A DNA stretch of 64,000 nucleotides from Trichosphaerium sp. ATCC 40318. Its lineage: Eukaryota; Protista; Tubulinea. A program made the translations under genes and the position numbers. The DNA lies in contig JALMLS010000336.1 of assembly GCA_038496445.1 (NCBI GenBank), positions 62,001 through 126,000 of the forward strand, in the 5' to 3' direction. Each line of letters starts with the position of its first letter. The stretch's first letter is position 1. The notes under the pieces were generated by a model. That model was given only the letters and a program-made list of their open reading frames with translations. It ran no database searches and was not told where the DNA came from. Positions 24,841-36,480 of the stretch are shown one piece after another.

Positions 24841-27030
24841 TTACCTCGATTGTTTCATTAAATACAAAATAAAAACCAAGATATTTGATAATATACAAGT
24901 ACTCACAACACCTATTATAAGGTACTGTGTAGGTAACTTTTCAAGCGTAATCAATACATTCTCTCTATTAATAAAATCAGTATAATTTTGGAACAACACG
25001 TGTTGTAACAGGCACGTACAAAATGGATAACTTCGTAGTAATAGGTTCTTTCTGAAATCCAATCGAGATTCTTCTTTGTTCTTTTTCTTTTTTGTTTGCG
25101 ACAACACTGCTTTTCTCACTCTCAGAAGAATCATCTTCTTCAACCTCTGTGCTTGTTGTTTCTGTAAATTCTTCCCATTTTAGTTTAAGAGCTAAGCAAA
25201 GTTAACAACCGCTGTTTGAACATAAATAGAAAACCAAAGTGTCAGATCTTACCACTTCGTATTGATGCATCATGCTCCTAAAACTTAACTTAGCATATTT
25301 AACAACGCATGTTATAGATATACATACAAGTTCCCAAGAGAGTATAAGCTTTTCATCTAATGAAGGGCCATGTAAAATCTCTCCATAAGGAGCCATCTCT
25401 AATGGCTTATCATCAAAAAGATGAGCAGGAATAAACTTTGCTGCGACATTCAAACTCTCAATACACGTGTCACCGATACACTACAACAAACACCCAAGTT
25501 AGAGAAGAGACGTCAAACAACAGACAAGCAGACGTACAGATACTTTGATATTAGTAAAAGTCATGTTATTAGGTTTCAATCCCTTGGGATACAAAGAAGC
25601 AAATCCAACAGCTATATCTTTTTTGTACTTTGAGTATTTGTAAATTACACAATTCAACTAAGGATTACACTATGTTAGCTGGGTTTAGTATGCGTTGAAG
25701 GAACGTACTGGGTTTTTTCTACGTTTTATATGCATCCTGAACCCTTGATTCCAGTGTGGTGCTATTGAACGAGTACATTTTTTAGTTGTTTTTATATATG
25801 GATCTTCATCACTAAAATCAGAGCCCTGAGGAAGATCAATGAGACTTAAAAACAAGAATCTACGATTATTCGCCGTACTGCATCACATGTTATCATTTCT
25901 GAATAACACTCGAGCTGAACAAATCCTGTGAAAGAGTGAGAAAAATCCAAAAAAAAAGTTTGTTGTGACAATCGATTTACCTTTGAAAGGTTCGCGGCTG
26001 ATAGCGCTAATTATATTTATATACAATTCCCCATCTAATATTTCTGAGTCATCCATATACGTAGTTTTATCTGTAATCCTAAGGCAAAGATGAGACTCAA
26101 GAAGCAAGAAAAAGAATTTTCTAAAAATACACGAATTGAACTCAGATAGAGGTCTAAAAAAATCTTATTCTAGACGCTGCACGTGGTTAAAAAATACTGT
26201 TAAATGAACCTCAAGTACATGAAAATTAAGTATGCTTACCCAAAAAAATGAAGAACAACATACATCTGAGAAATGATTGGATGTGTTGTTAAAAAATCAA
26301 AGTAAGCTGGAAACCGCGCCATTCGTTCAGAAACGCGTGTAAGTTTGCTTGGGAATCTTAAATCTTCTCGCTCTAAACTAGGAAGCAAGCGTAACAGCTT
26401 GATACGCGTTAGTATGGTCTTCCAGTTTTATAGAATGCCAAAATAGCCTGTTAGTGTATCTCTACGCACTCTGTCGTTGAGGACACTAATTTCTCTATAT
26501 CTCCGTGCGATTGAGTGTGTTATTTCCCTAAAAGGCTTTAGTACTAGTTAACCGTGTCACTACGTACTGTTGCGGTACAGTGACTTCAAAATTGTACACC
26601 TACAAACAGTTAAACTACGAGATACGCTTTAGAGTAATGTAGACGCACAACGAACTCCCTTGTGGACGAGGGGAGCGTTTTGGAGTCATGTCCTTCCAAT
26701 TTTACTGTGTACTCTACCTGATTTGGCGCTTTATAATCTAGACGGCTGCTTTCGCTCTGTAAAGTTTCATTATCGGTTCGCAAATCTTCACGTTTATTGG
26801 CATTTGGCTGTAACATTGCAATCAGTTCGAATTCATAGGCGTTTTCCTTGTATATTGCGCTAGTAATGTTTCAGTACTTTTCTGTACTTTTCGTGACTAA
26901 ACGAAGAAATCAGAATAATGAAAGCATGTTTGCTGAACTGGCTTTACGTGCTACTAACGACACCCTCACCTGCAAACTTGTAATTTGTAGTGTAACTGAT
27001 TACACTTACACTAAAACAAAAACTCTGAAA
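24841..27030 (-). CDS. C2-domain protein with C-terminal transmembrane anchor (5' end unresolved)
   Basis: Spliced product GELYINIISA...DPYIKTTKKCTRSIAPHWNQGFRM..LNCVIYKYSKYKKDIAVGFASL is C2-like; hydrophobic tail YLIIGVVSTCILSNILVFILYL. Confidence 0.6.
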
Positions 27031-27546
27031 TACGCTACCACAAGCGTCACAAAACTGCACAAAGGCACAGCAAGGCCACCCAGGTCGATAGTTTAAGTAC
27101 TACCCTTAAGGCACTAACTTTTTTGCTTTAACCTTGTAGAAACACCAAAGCAAAGTACTTTACAAGTAAAAAAGACGTACGTTAACTTTTGATACAATTA
27201 AACTGGAAATTTAAAACGAAGAGCAGAAAACACTGCGCATTTTTAAAACCAGCTCGATTTTCTGGGTAGAACAGAAAACTCGGTAAAGTTTCAGGTGTGC
27301 TTGTTGGTGAAGAAATAAGAGGCTGTTTTAGTTTGTTCTACCGATTCGTGGTACTGATCTCGCTTCTTCCTCTACAAGCGCGCCTGGACTTATTTTCGTA
27401 ATGTTAGCAGTCCCACCGTAAATAAAGGTATTTAGAACCGCTTTGCGCGCTTCTTTAAAAATCTTGGTGTGGTTTTCTTGTAGTCTTGGATTCTATACCA
27501 CTGTTCCTCGTTTATGTACCAACCAAGCAATTTAGTACCATCAGCA

Positions 27547-29412
27547 ATGGATAATCAACAGTTGTCGCGGTTGGATGGAGTAGCACCAACACTTGGCGAG
27601 GTGCGTATTTATACTCATATAAGTTATTGTGTACAGCGTAATTGGATGTATTGCGAACAAAAGAAATTTTAATTATTGGCTAAACGTCCGAAAACTAACA
27701 ACTTTTATATTAGATGCTCCCTCACGAGCGTCACTTGATGCCACGTAACATAGGGGATTCTAAAAAAAATTCCTCTTTCCTTCAGGTAAAGTTTCTTGTA
27801 TTCCCGTTCTCCGTTTTATTTTACTCACGCCCTATTAGCTCGTAGACCGTGCAAATGAAGCAATGGGTGTCACTCGTGGTAATGCGCCTGTTATGAACGC
27901 CGATGGGTTGATATCAACCAACAATTTGGTACAAAACCATTTTTTTTTTTGACCGAAAAACTTTCTTTCCAAATTTGTTAGTGTCGTCTACTCAAACAAA
28001 CCCATAGGAGAATGAACTTAGCGATAATATGCTTCCTTCTATGAGTACGTAGCCAACCCATTTTGCCTGCTTTGTTAATATCGCGTAGCTATGTCAGGCC
28101 AAGTACCTGATCAACGATTATCTGGCATGCCTAGGCCTCAGCAACAGGTTCTAAACCTGCAAGGAGCATCTTGGGAAAAGGCTACTTTGGCACAAGCTCT
28201 CGGTCTTCCTCCTTTGATTGCTAACATGCCAATCGTATCACAAGGTATTAAATTGATCTTTTGCAGATAACTAAATTTTGGGTAGTGCTTGCGTGCTTGG
28301 TCAACACAAATGTTAATCCAAAGTCTGTTACGCCTTCTCGCTCTAGAAAGCGTCAAGATTACAACTGCGGCAAATGTGGTAAACGGAAAAAAGGTAAACC
28401 CTGAAATCAAATGTTACTTGTAGCCAACTCCTGTTTTAAGGTCATATTTGTGAGCATCGTGATTTATCTGAAGCTCAACCAGCTCCAAAGCGAAGAAAGT
28501 ATAAACCTTTACAGCCATTCTTGTATGAAAATGGAGATATAAATAGTCAAAACGCTCTGATGAACTTGAACAAATTGGGTACAACAATTGCCAAAATGAT
28601 GTGACTTTTTTTTTTAACTTTGTTTGAAGGTATCGAAAATGTGTTTGTTAGCCTTCATATTACTGAAGCAGATGGTCAGAATTACGAAGTTACAGCTGCA
28701 TACCAACAAACAGCTTTCCATCAACCTACGTATATTGGTATGTATTGTGTAAACTAAAGAGTTGCTCCAACTTCTTAAGAACTCATTTTTTTTTTTTTTA
28801 GGTCGCTTGAGTCCTGAGTATAAGGAACTTGTTAAACCTGCTATTCATGACAAGACTATGCAAAAGGTTGGTCTTAATCCTCTCACAAGGGTTACTCTAG
28901 ACAACGGGCAGTCTATTTGGACTGCGCAATTAAATATTTTCCGCAATCAAAGTTGGCACACTAAGAAGCTAGTCGAAAAGTATTTCTCGTCTGCTTCTCG
29001 AGGGCAAGCTAATGAGCCTTTACCGCCTCCAAGTACAACACGGCCAAAACCTCGTCGTGGTGTTGCACCACAGATACCAAATAACTCAATGGTACGCAGA
29101 AAAAGCCTGCACACAGAGTTATCGGATAACAGAAATTATTTTGGTGTTTAGTGTTTAAATTCAAAAAAAAAATCACAAAAACTGAAATTTTTCCAAATCT
29201 CTCTCTGCCCTCAAGTTGATACAAAAAATTTGGCTTTATGCACATTACCCTTATTAAAGTAGGCGCAACGCCATGGCGGCCAGAATGCAGTCACGGCAGG
29301 AAGACTATCTCCACCTCCTGGTGCTCAAGGAATGACTGGAATGCCTCAACTTGTAATTGTCCCAAATGTTCAGGCTCCTATACAACTTGAACATCTTTAC
29401 AAGGAAAAGTGA
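27547..29412 (+). CDS. Putative nuclear protein with CxxC-GHxC zinc knuckle and NLS
   Basis: Spliced YNCGKCGKRKKGHIC; PKRRK; Pro/Met/Gln-rich termini; a central segment loosely resembling HIRAN. Confidence 0.65.
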
Positions 29413-29652
29413 GGGCTTGTTTGAACAAACAGAAAGGAGATGCAAAAAAAGAGTGTTAACACTTTGTAATTGTGTATTGTAAATAAATTTTTTTGGACGA
29501 AAATGTTTGCTTTGTGTCAGTGAACGAGCGACTTGATGAAAATTTCTAGTTTTCTACGAAATTGGAAGAAAAATACTCTCAGTTATTTTTGAGGGTAATC
29601 TAAAGGCTCCCACTATACCAAGGAAGTACTAGCGAATCTAACCAAGATAAAT

Positions 29653-32650
29653 ATGGCAGAAACAGATCCTATTGAAGCGTTAATCGGTAAAGAACATGTT
29701 AACAACACCCAAACTACATTTAGAATACGTGCGCGCGTTGTAGGCTATAAATACGAATAATTATCCTTACTCCGTTACGTAGCTATTAAATTACGCGACA
29801 GAGAGAACGTATACTATGGTATTGTAGACTGGGATGTAATGGACCAGTTTGGGTACAAAAACAGTGCCTTCTTGACGCGTGCTAATATGTTTCGATAGCG
29901 CTGCTATTAGACCGTTCTCACTACAAATGTTCATTCCAGTGAAGACAGGAGGACATCAAAACAGGTGCGGAAAAATTATCTGATAATGCTAACTGTTCAT
30001 TAGAGCCTTAGAAGCACTCTCTAAAACACTATACGGAGCTGCAAGCTTTGCGGGACAGTTATTAGAGCTATTGAAGAAAGAACGACTAGAAAACCAGTAT
30101 GTCACCTCACTTGCGTTACACGCATTTAACAAATATAGGGAGTTCTACAAGCAAGTCTTAGGCGACATGCAAGCCAAAGATCCAAATGACAAGCGCCTTC
30201 ATTTTTCGGATATTTTCACTCTATCCAACGCATTAAAGAGGCCAATTTTTGTATACTGCCCTGACGCTATTGCAGAGCAGTATGGAAAGGTACGAAATAA
30301 TCGAAATGTCACATGTCAAGAAAACCCATAAATGAAAAATTAGTTTTTGGCAACCAAAAACCGACGCCTTTTTTATTTGTCATTTACAGTCCTATATGAT
30401 CCTCTTGATCATTGATATCGCGTGACTTCTTTTACAAGTGATTAATTATTTTATGTAGAGTGTTACGGGATTGTTGTTGCCTTTTAGGCATCCTTCAGAT
30501 ACAATAACAGCACCACCTCTTGCACTTTTTTATGATGGTTTAAAAGCTGCATACGTACCTCTTGTACCTATAGAAGTAGCAAACTTTGAGTGGCCAGTAT
30601 TGGAATCATTGTATCCTATTCCAGAAGGCGTCCAAGTTACAGATTATCTAAATTATAGTAATTATATTGCACCTAAAGTACAAGAACTATTGGCGACACT
30701 TGATGATGAGTCCGCAGCAAAGCTTTTCGCTAACATGTCCACTGGTTCTAAAGTTAAGCGTGCTAAAGGATGTACGTTATCTATTGTATAGATGCAATAC
30801 CATAGTCATATTAACTCGTTTTTGATAGATGTTGAGACATTAAAACAACTACAGCAGAAGTACGTTGTTCTTCTTTTTTTCTTTTTTTTTCTTTGTGTAC
30901 AAAATCGGTTATTCAAAATCTTCGTTTTCTTATCCTTGTATAGATTTGATCTTGTATTTAAAGTAGATATGGGCTCAACTGGAGTTGCTAGATTCCTTTG
31001 CTACAATGTAGGTGATGACATTGAAGTGCTAGCAAAGAAATTTGTTGAAAAAGAAGGGATTGGTTACCAATACATTCCGAAGGTTGTTCAGTTTTTAAGA
31101 AATAGTATTGCAACTGCTAAAAGAGATCCCTCATACGCACACTTATTTACAAATAAGCCAAGAGTACTTTGTACCCACTTTCCTTACAAGGTACGCCACT
31201 GCTTCAAGTATTTGATAAACACCTTTTTTCTTCTTTTTTTGGTTGCATTCTTGATGGCCTCTGGAAACTTGTCGGATGATGATTATTCAAAATTTCACCG
31301 CCTATGCTATTGTTACCTTACTAAATCTGAATTCAGGATAATCTTCTCTTCTTTGGTACAGCACAATTCGATAAAATCAAAAATTTCTTTTCAAAAAAGA
31401 ATACTGCGTTAAGTAAAGATGAACCTGGCAAAGAACTAAACGAAGAAGAAATGAGGACCCTCAATACACTGTTAGATGATTTAAGTGAACCAAACAAAGT
31501 AAAAAACAGCGAAGTAGTTCTATCAGAAGCAAACATTCAAGTATTAAACAAACTCCTTAAATGGCCATCTGCTTGCCTAGTACCAGGTACAACTTTGAAA
31601 AAAATCACTCTGAGTGGTCATGAGCAACCGTGTCCGCAAGTATTTATTTTAAACTTACCGCCGCAGTGTTGTCTTACGAACATCACGTGTTTTAGACGCT
31701 AAAGAAATCTTTGTTTATCGAAGGGTTTTTTCCTTTTTTTTTTACCTTGTTCTTCTCTGATTGTTTTCCTCTAGTTATGGATGTCATGCGCATATTAGTA
31801 TTAAATCCAACTATATCACATATAAATAATGAAAATGAGGATAAAGAACCAAGCTCAACACGTCAACTGATAGCAAATACTCTTGATGTTGCCATAAAAG
31901 AAAATACAACAAACCTTACTTTCTTATGCTTGAAAATGGTCACAAATATACTCTACATGAAGTACTCAAGATTCACACATGCTATAAGAAACAATATTAC
32001 AAATCTACTCAAAGTTGGTATTGATAATGGAAGCGAGAAGGTTCTATACACATTAAGTTTCTTCCTAATTAAGTACGTCCTTAAAGTTTTTTCTTGTTTT
32101 CTTCCTCTTCTCCCTACTACATTATAGCGGTCTTGTCCATGTGTAACTGTTCCAATATACTATACAACCATTCATATAGTATCCATGTGCACATGAATAG
32201 GACCGTTATACTGTAGCGACACAAAAAACTGAGACTTTCTCAGCGTTGTTTTTTATTGTATTTTTTCTCTCGCACAAATGCTAATATATCTTTCGTAGTG
32301 CTTCTGTTATTTTCCTTGGTCCTGAATGGACAGAAATGAGAAGAAACGTTGTCGCTTTATTGATAAAGTTACTTGGCAGAAAAGTTGATGACGAAACGAT
32401 TTACAGATATCTCGTTGCTCTAGGCACCCTAACTGCGTTTGATGGTGCAATGAGAGACTTTGCTATAACATGTGATATCAAGTCAGTCATACAAAGACAT
32501 ATATTATCAGATAATGTCTCAATCAAAGGAGCTTCAAAGGATTTTATTAAAATCATTCCTGCTATAACAAAACCAGGAGTTTCTGTTGAAAAGACATTCA
32601 CAGACTTTGTTCAAGGTCTTATAGATAAAAAAGAAGGAGATGATAAGTAA
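29653..32650 (+). CDS. VCPIP1/A20-like pseudo-OTU fused to PFU and PUL domains (Cdc48/p97 cofactor-like)
   Basis: OTU: FIPVKTGG.., IFTLSNALKRPIFV, GLLLP, PPLAL..YVPLV. PFU: FDLVFKVDMG..LCYNVGDD..AKKFVEKEGI..YIPKVVQFLRNS. PUL: HFP, KLLKWP..PVMDVMRILVLNP, DETIYRYLVALGTL. Confidence 0.85.
32117..32216 (+). ncRNA. Intronic long hairpin (pre-miRNA-like or splicing-regulatory)
   Basis: 32123-32145 pairs with 32188-32210 (22 of 23 positions, four G-U); inner stem ATACTATA/TATAGTAT. Confidence 0.55.
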
Positions 32651-33100
32651 GGAAAAAAAAACAACACATTGAAAATAAACATAAATTCAGAGAGAAACTT
32701 TTCTTGTTCTTACACGTAATCAAAGCGGCACCAATTGATATACTTTTAAGATTTACGGATACAAAAAGTACTGACAAGTACCACACATTAAGACATCACG
32801 TGCTTTTTGTATTTTAAGCTCGCATTTTTGGAAGTTCTAATCACGTGGGTTGTTACATAAAAAAAATTCAATGTGAAATACGATAATGTGCTAAGACTGT
32901 TTAGGAGAGGATGGTTGCTCGGTCTATCTTTTTGACAAAATGATGCGTGGTTGATATATTCTAATGCATCAAGAAAATGGGATCAGCATGGTTGAGTTTA
33001 TACATGATCAGCATGTCTCAAAACCAACTTGAATTAATACCTCCCAATATTTTACATTTCTTTTTTTATTGTTTTGATATACCACAATACGTTATGGATA

Positions 33101-34369
33101 TCACATAACAATACACTTTGATTTTTCATCCGCTTTTGGTACCTTCTCTTTATTTCTGTATGCTATAAGAAACGCTTCATTGAACACTAAGCAAAGGGTT
33201 TCAATATCAAAAATATTGCAATCTTTGCCGAATTTCCACTTACGTGATTCAACACCATCTCCAGTCAGAGAGCTACATTCCATGTATGAAACTGCCTATA
33301 TATCCAATTTAATTGTGTAACAAGAACAAGAGTAAATGAGTGATTGTTGTGGCTCCAGGTTCATTAGTAGCGTACTTGTATTTTTTTTGCCATTTGTTGA
33401 CATTCTTCTATTTTAATACAATCATGTGGACTTCCATCAGGCTTTAGGGTTGTTCTCAAATCCTCTTTAAGACCCAAAAGAATAATAGGTGTTTCGGGGC
33501 AATGACTACGTACTTCTGGTTTCCACTTAACAAAAATGTTAGCGTTCATTCATGAATGAGCTCAAAAACACCAAAAAAACGATAGAAAAACCCAAATTTT
33601 TTGTCAGTTGTGCATACCCTAGAAGCAACGTTTTCAAAACTAGATCTTGAATCAACACTAAAGCATATAATAAAAATGTCTGTTTTCTAAACAAAACACG
33701 TGTGAACTTGCTGACAAGGAAGTAAACAGCACCAAAAAAAATCTTACAGGATAGCACAAGACCCTCAACCGGTCATAATCCTCACGATTGGCTGTATCCC
33801 ACAAACCTAATAACTTACTAAAACGCGAAAAGAACAATATAGAACATGTAAAAACGAACCTAAATTGACTTCCTCGTCCATAACAAATGTGGTCATACTA
33901 ACGAAATAAACAATCAAAAGCATATAATAAAACAAAGTTGTTCAAGGTAATTTGATTTAAGGTAGATCCCTCTAGACTGTTACTACCTATCAAATACCTC
34001 ATGGCACTGATTTACAGTGCACTTGATGGAGTTTCAATTGCCACTCCATCACCAAGACAGTAAAGTCTAAAAATACGCAAATTTCTATGCTGGAAAAGGA
34101 AACTGTAAAATGTAGCGAAATGAGACGTAGAATGCCTTGATTACCTGTAATTATCGAAAACTGTTGGTACTATGTAGTTGTAAGTATAATATAACGCAAA
34201 TAGAGTCGTACTGTAGTCGTTTGGGAATGACTTGCTTGTATAGCGGAAAAACAAGCAGGTTTTGCCTGATTGGACGACAATTAGCGTTTTGTTAGTGATT
34301 TTAGGCGTTGCTTGACCTACCAACACCATCATCTCCATTTGCTGTTATTTTAATGCTCTTCATAGTCAT
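33101..34369 (-). CDS. Atypical Rho/Rac-family small GTPase
   Basis: Spliced [67 protein letters not shown]; CAAX box CIVM. Confidence 0.92.
33944..34069 (-). promoter_or_regulatory. Structured intronic element overlapping a candidate 69-nt poison exon
   Basis: 15-bp closing stem, two perfect internal hairpins and a competing stem. Cryptic exon 34066-33998 is flanked by TTTTAG and GTATTT and carries an in-frame TAA. Confidence 0.55.
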
Positions 34370-34602
34370 TTGGCAAGTATTTAAGTCAATCGTTGCCTAT
34401 TTGTATCAAAAAGATGCTAAATAATCTGTCGGTTCAATCTGGTCTTCTCTGTTCGTGTATCTCAGTCAATGAGAGTATACGGCGCTGGTTCAGCTATTTG
34501 TCCTAACGTTAGCCGTTAATTAAACCTAAATCAGTCAAAATAAAACACGTGACAACTAGACAACTTGTTGGCTATCTCTTCATTTTTTTTGTTTTTTGGA
34601 CT

Positions 34603-36480
34603 ATGCTTCATGGTACGCTTTCTAAAACCAGGATTTATCTCAACGAGCTTTCTCACATTCCTACAAGTTTGTTGTACTTGGTGTTTTTTCATTCAACGCA
34701 CGTGCTATTCTCCAATCTAATTTTTTATGAAATAGCTTTATGGACAAAGCCAAGAATAAAGTCGGAGTCTTCCTTTACTCTGTTAGATATTCCTATTGAT
34801 ATTCAATGCTATATATGCACGTTTGATCTTGAAACATTTGATAAGTTTCATACTCTATCAAAGAGAGCTGCAGTAAACACACATTTTAATAAACACCTTG
34901 AAATGCATGGTGGTTGGATATTTTGGCATAAAAATGGTAATGTGAAAGAAAGAAGCAGTTTTATTAATCATAAGCGCAATGGTTTAGCTACTCAGTGGTA
35001 TGATACTGGGGAACTCCTCCAACACATTTGGTTTGTTGATGATAAGGCTAGCGGAGAGTGTAGGGTATGGCATAAAAATGGACAATGTAAACATGCTGTT
35101 GGTTACGTTGAAGGTAAGATACATGGAGAGTATTCAAGGTGGTTTGAGAATGGACAACTTGAGATACAGTGTATGGTCCTTTATAACAAGACACATGGAG
35201 AGTATTTGAGGTGGTATGATAACGGAAACCTACTGGTACAATGTGCGTATGTCAAAGGTGAGGAGAATGGCAAGTATTTAGAGTGGTACAGGAATGGGCA
35301 ACTTTATAAGCAATGTGCCTATGTTAAGGGCAACGAAAATGGTGTTGTTAAGCATTGGTATGAGAACGGGATGTTAAGCCAACATTATACATGTATTGAA
35401 GGTAAGATGCATGGAGAATATTTATCATGGTTTGAGAATGGACAACTTAATGAACAAAGCAAATATGTTAATGGTAAGATTCATGGCGACCGTTTTTTAT
35501 GGTTTGAAAATGGGCAATTAGAAGAGCAGTATGTGTATGTTGATGGTATGAAGAATGGTGAGTGTATTTCATGGTTTACGACTGGGCAACTACATGAACA
35601 ATGTAACTATGTTAATAGTAAGATGCATGGAGAGTATTTAGTATGGTTTCAAAATGGACAACTTGAGATACAATGTACATTCCTTGAAGGCAAACCAATT
35701 GGAAAGTTTTTACACTGGCACGAGAATGGGATATTAAGCCGACAATACTCATGTGCTAAAGGTAAGATACATGGAGAGTATTCGAGGTGGTTTGAGAATG
35801 GACAACTTGAGATACAGTGTATGGTCCTTTATGGCAAGATACATGGAAAGTATTTGGAGTGGTTTGATAACGGAAACCTTAAGGTACAGTGTACGCTCCT
35901 TAATGGTTTAGAAAGTGGAAAGTATTTATGTTGGTATGAGAATGGGCTTTTATGTGAGCAAAAAGCATATATTGAAGGTAGGGTGCATGGAGAGTATATG
36001 CATTGGTACGATAATGGGCAACTTCATGAACAATGTGAATATGCTCATAGTAAGTTACATGGAAGGTATTTACAATGGTTTCAACATGGACAACTTCATG
36101 TACAGTGTAAATATGTTGATGGTGTGTTAAACGGCAGAAGGATTGTCTGGTATGAAAATGGGCAGCTTCAATTAGATTGTACTCTCATTGATGGCAAAAA
36201 CAATGGTGAAGTCAAAGAGTGGTATCATACTGGGCATCTACATGTACAGTGTTCATATATTAATGGTAAGTTAAACGGAGTATACAAGAGATGGCATGAA
36301 AATAGACAACTTTATACTCAGTGTGTTTATGTTGATGGCATGAAAAATGGAGAGTACATAGTGTGGTATGACAATGGACAACTATTCGTACATTGTACTT
36401 ATGTTGATGATAAAGAGAGAGGTGAGTACAGACAGTGGTATGAGGATGGAACAATTAATGTACAGCGTTATTTTGAATGA
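34603..36480 (+). CDS. F-box-like N-terminus plus about 21 MORN2-type (24 aa) repeats
   Basis: LLDIPIDIQCYICTFDLETF; repeats of HGEYxxWFENGQLxxQCxYVxGK. Probable ATG at 34603 with an in-frame 123-nt intron (34613-34735). Confidence 0.88.
   Translation: MLHGTLSKTRIYLNELSHIPTSLLYLVFFHSTHVLFSNLIFYEIALWTKPRIKSESSFTLLDIPIDIQCYICTFDLETFDKFHTLSKRAAVNTHFNKHLEMHGGWIFWHKNGNVKERSSFINHKRNGLATQWYDTGELLQHIWFVDDKASGECRVWHKNGQCKHAVGYVEGKIHGEYSRWFENGQLEIQCMVLYNKTHGEYLRWYDNGNLLVQCAYVKGEENGKYLEWYRNGQLYKQCAYVKGNENGVVKHWYENGMLSQHYTCIEGKMHGEYLSWFENGQLNEQSKYVNGKIHGDRFLWFENGQLEEQYVYVDGMKNGECISWFTTGQLHEQCNYVNSKMHGEYLVWFQNGQLEIQCTFLEGKPIGKFLHWHENGILSRQYSCAKGKIHGEYSRWFENGQLEIQCMVLYGKIHGKYLEWFDNGNLKVQCTLLNGLESGKYLCWYENGLLCEQKAYIEGRVHGEYMHWYDNGQLHEQCEYAHSKLHGRYLQWFQHGQLHVQCKYVDGVLNGRRIVWYENGQLQLDCTLIDGKNNGEVKEWYHTGHLHVQCSYINGKLNGVYKRWHENRQLYTQCVYVDGMKNGEYIVWYDNGQLFVHCTYVDDKERGEYRQWYEDGTINVQRYFE

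Noticed and set aside
34900-36480. 72-nt periodicity as a CRISPR-like or DGR array
   Set aside because: It is a continuous coding repeat with no spacers, reverse transcriptase or adenine-specific variation.
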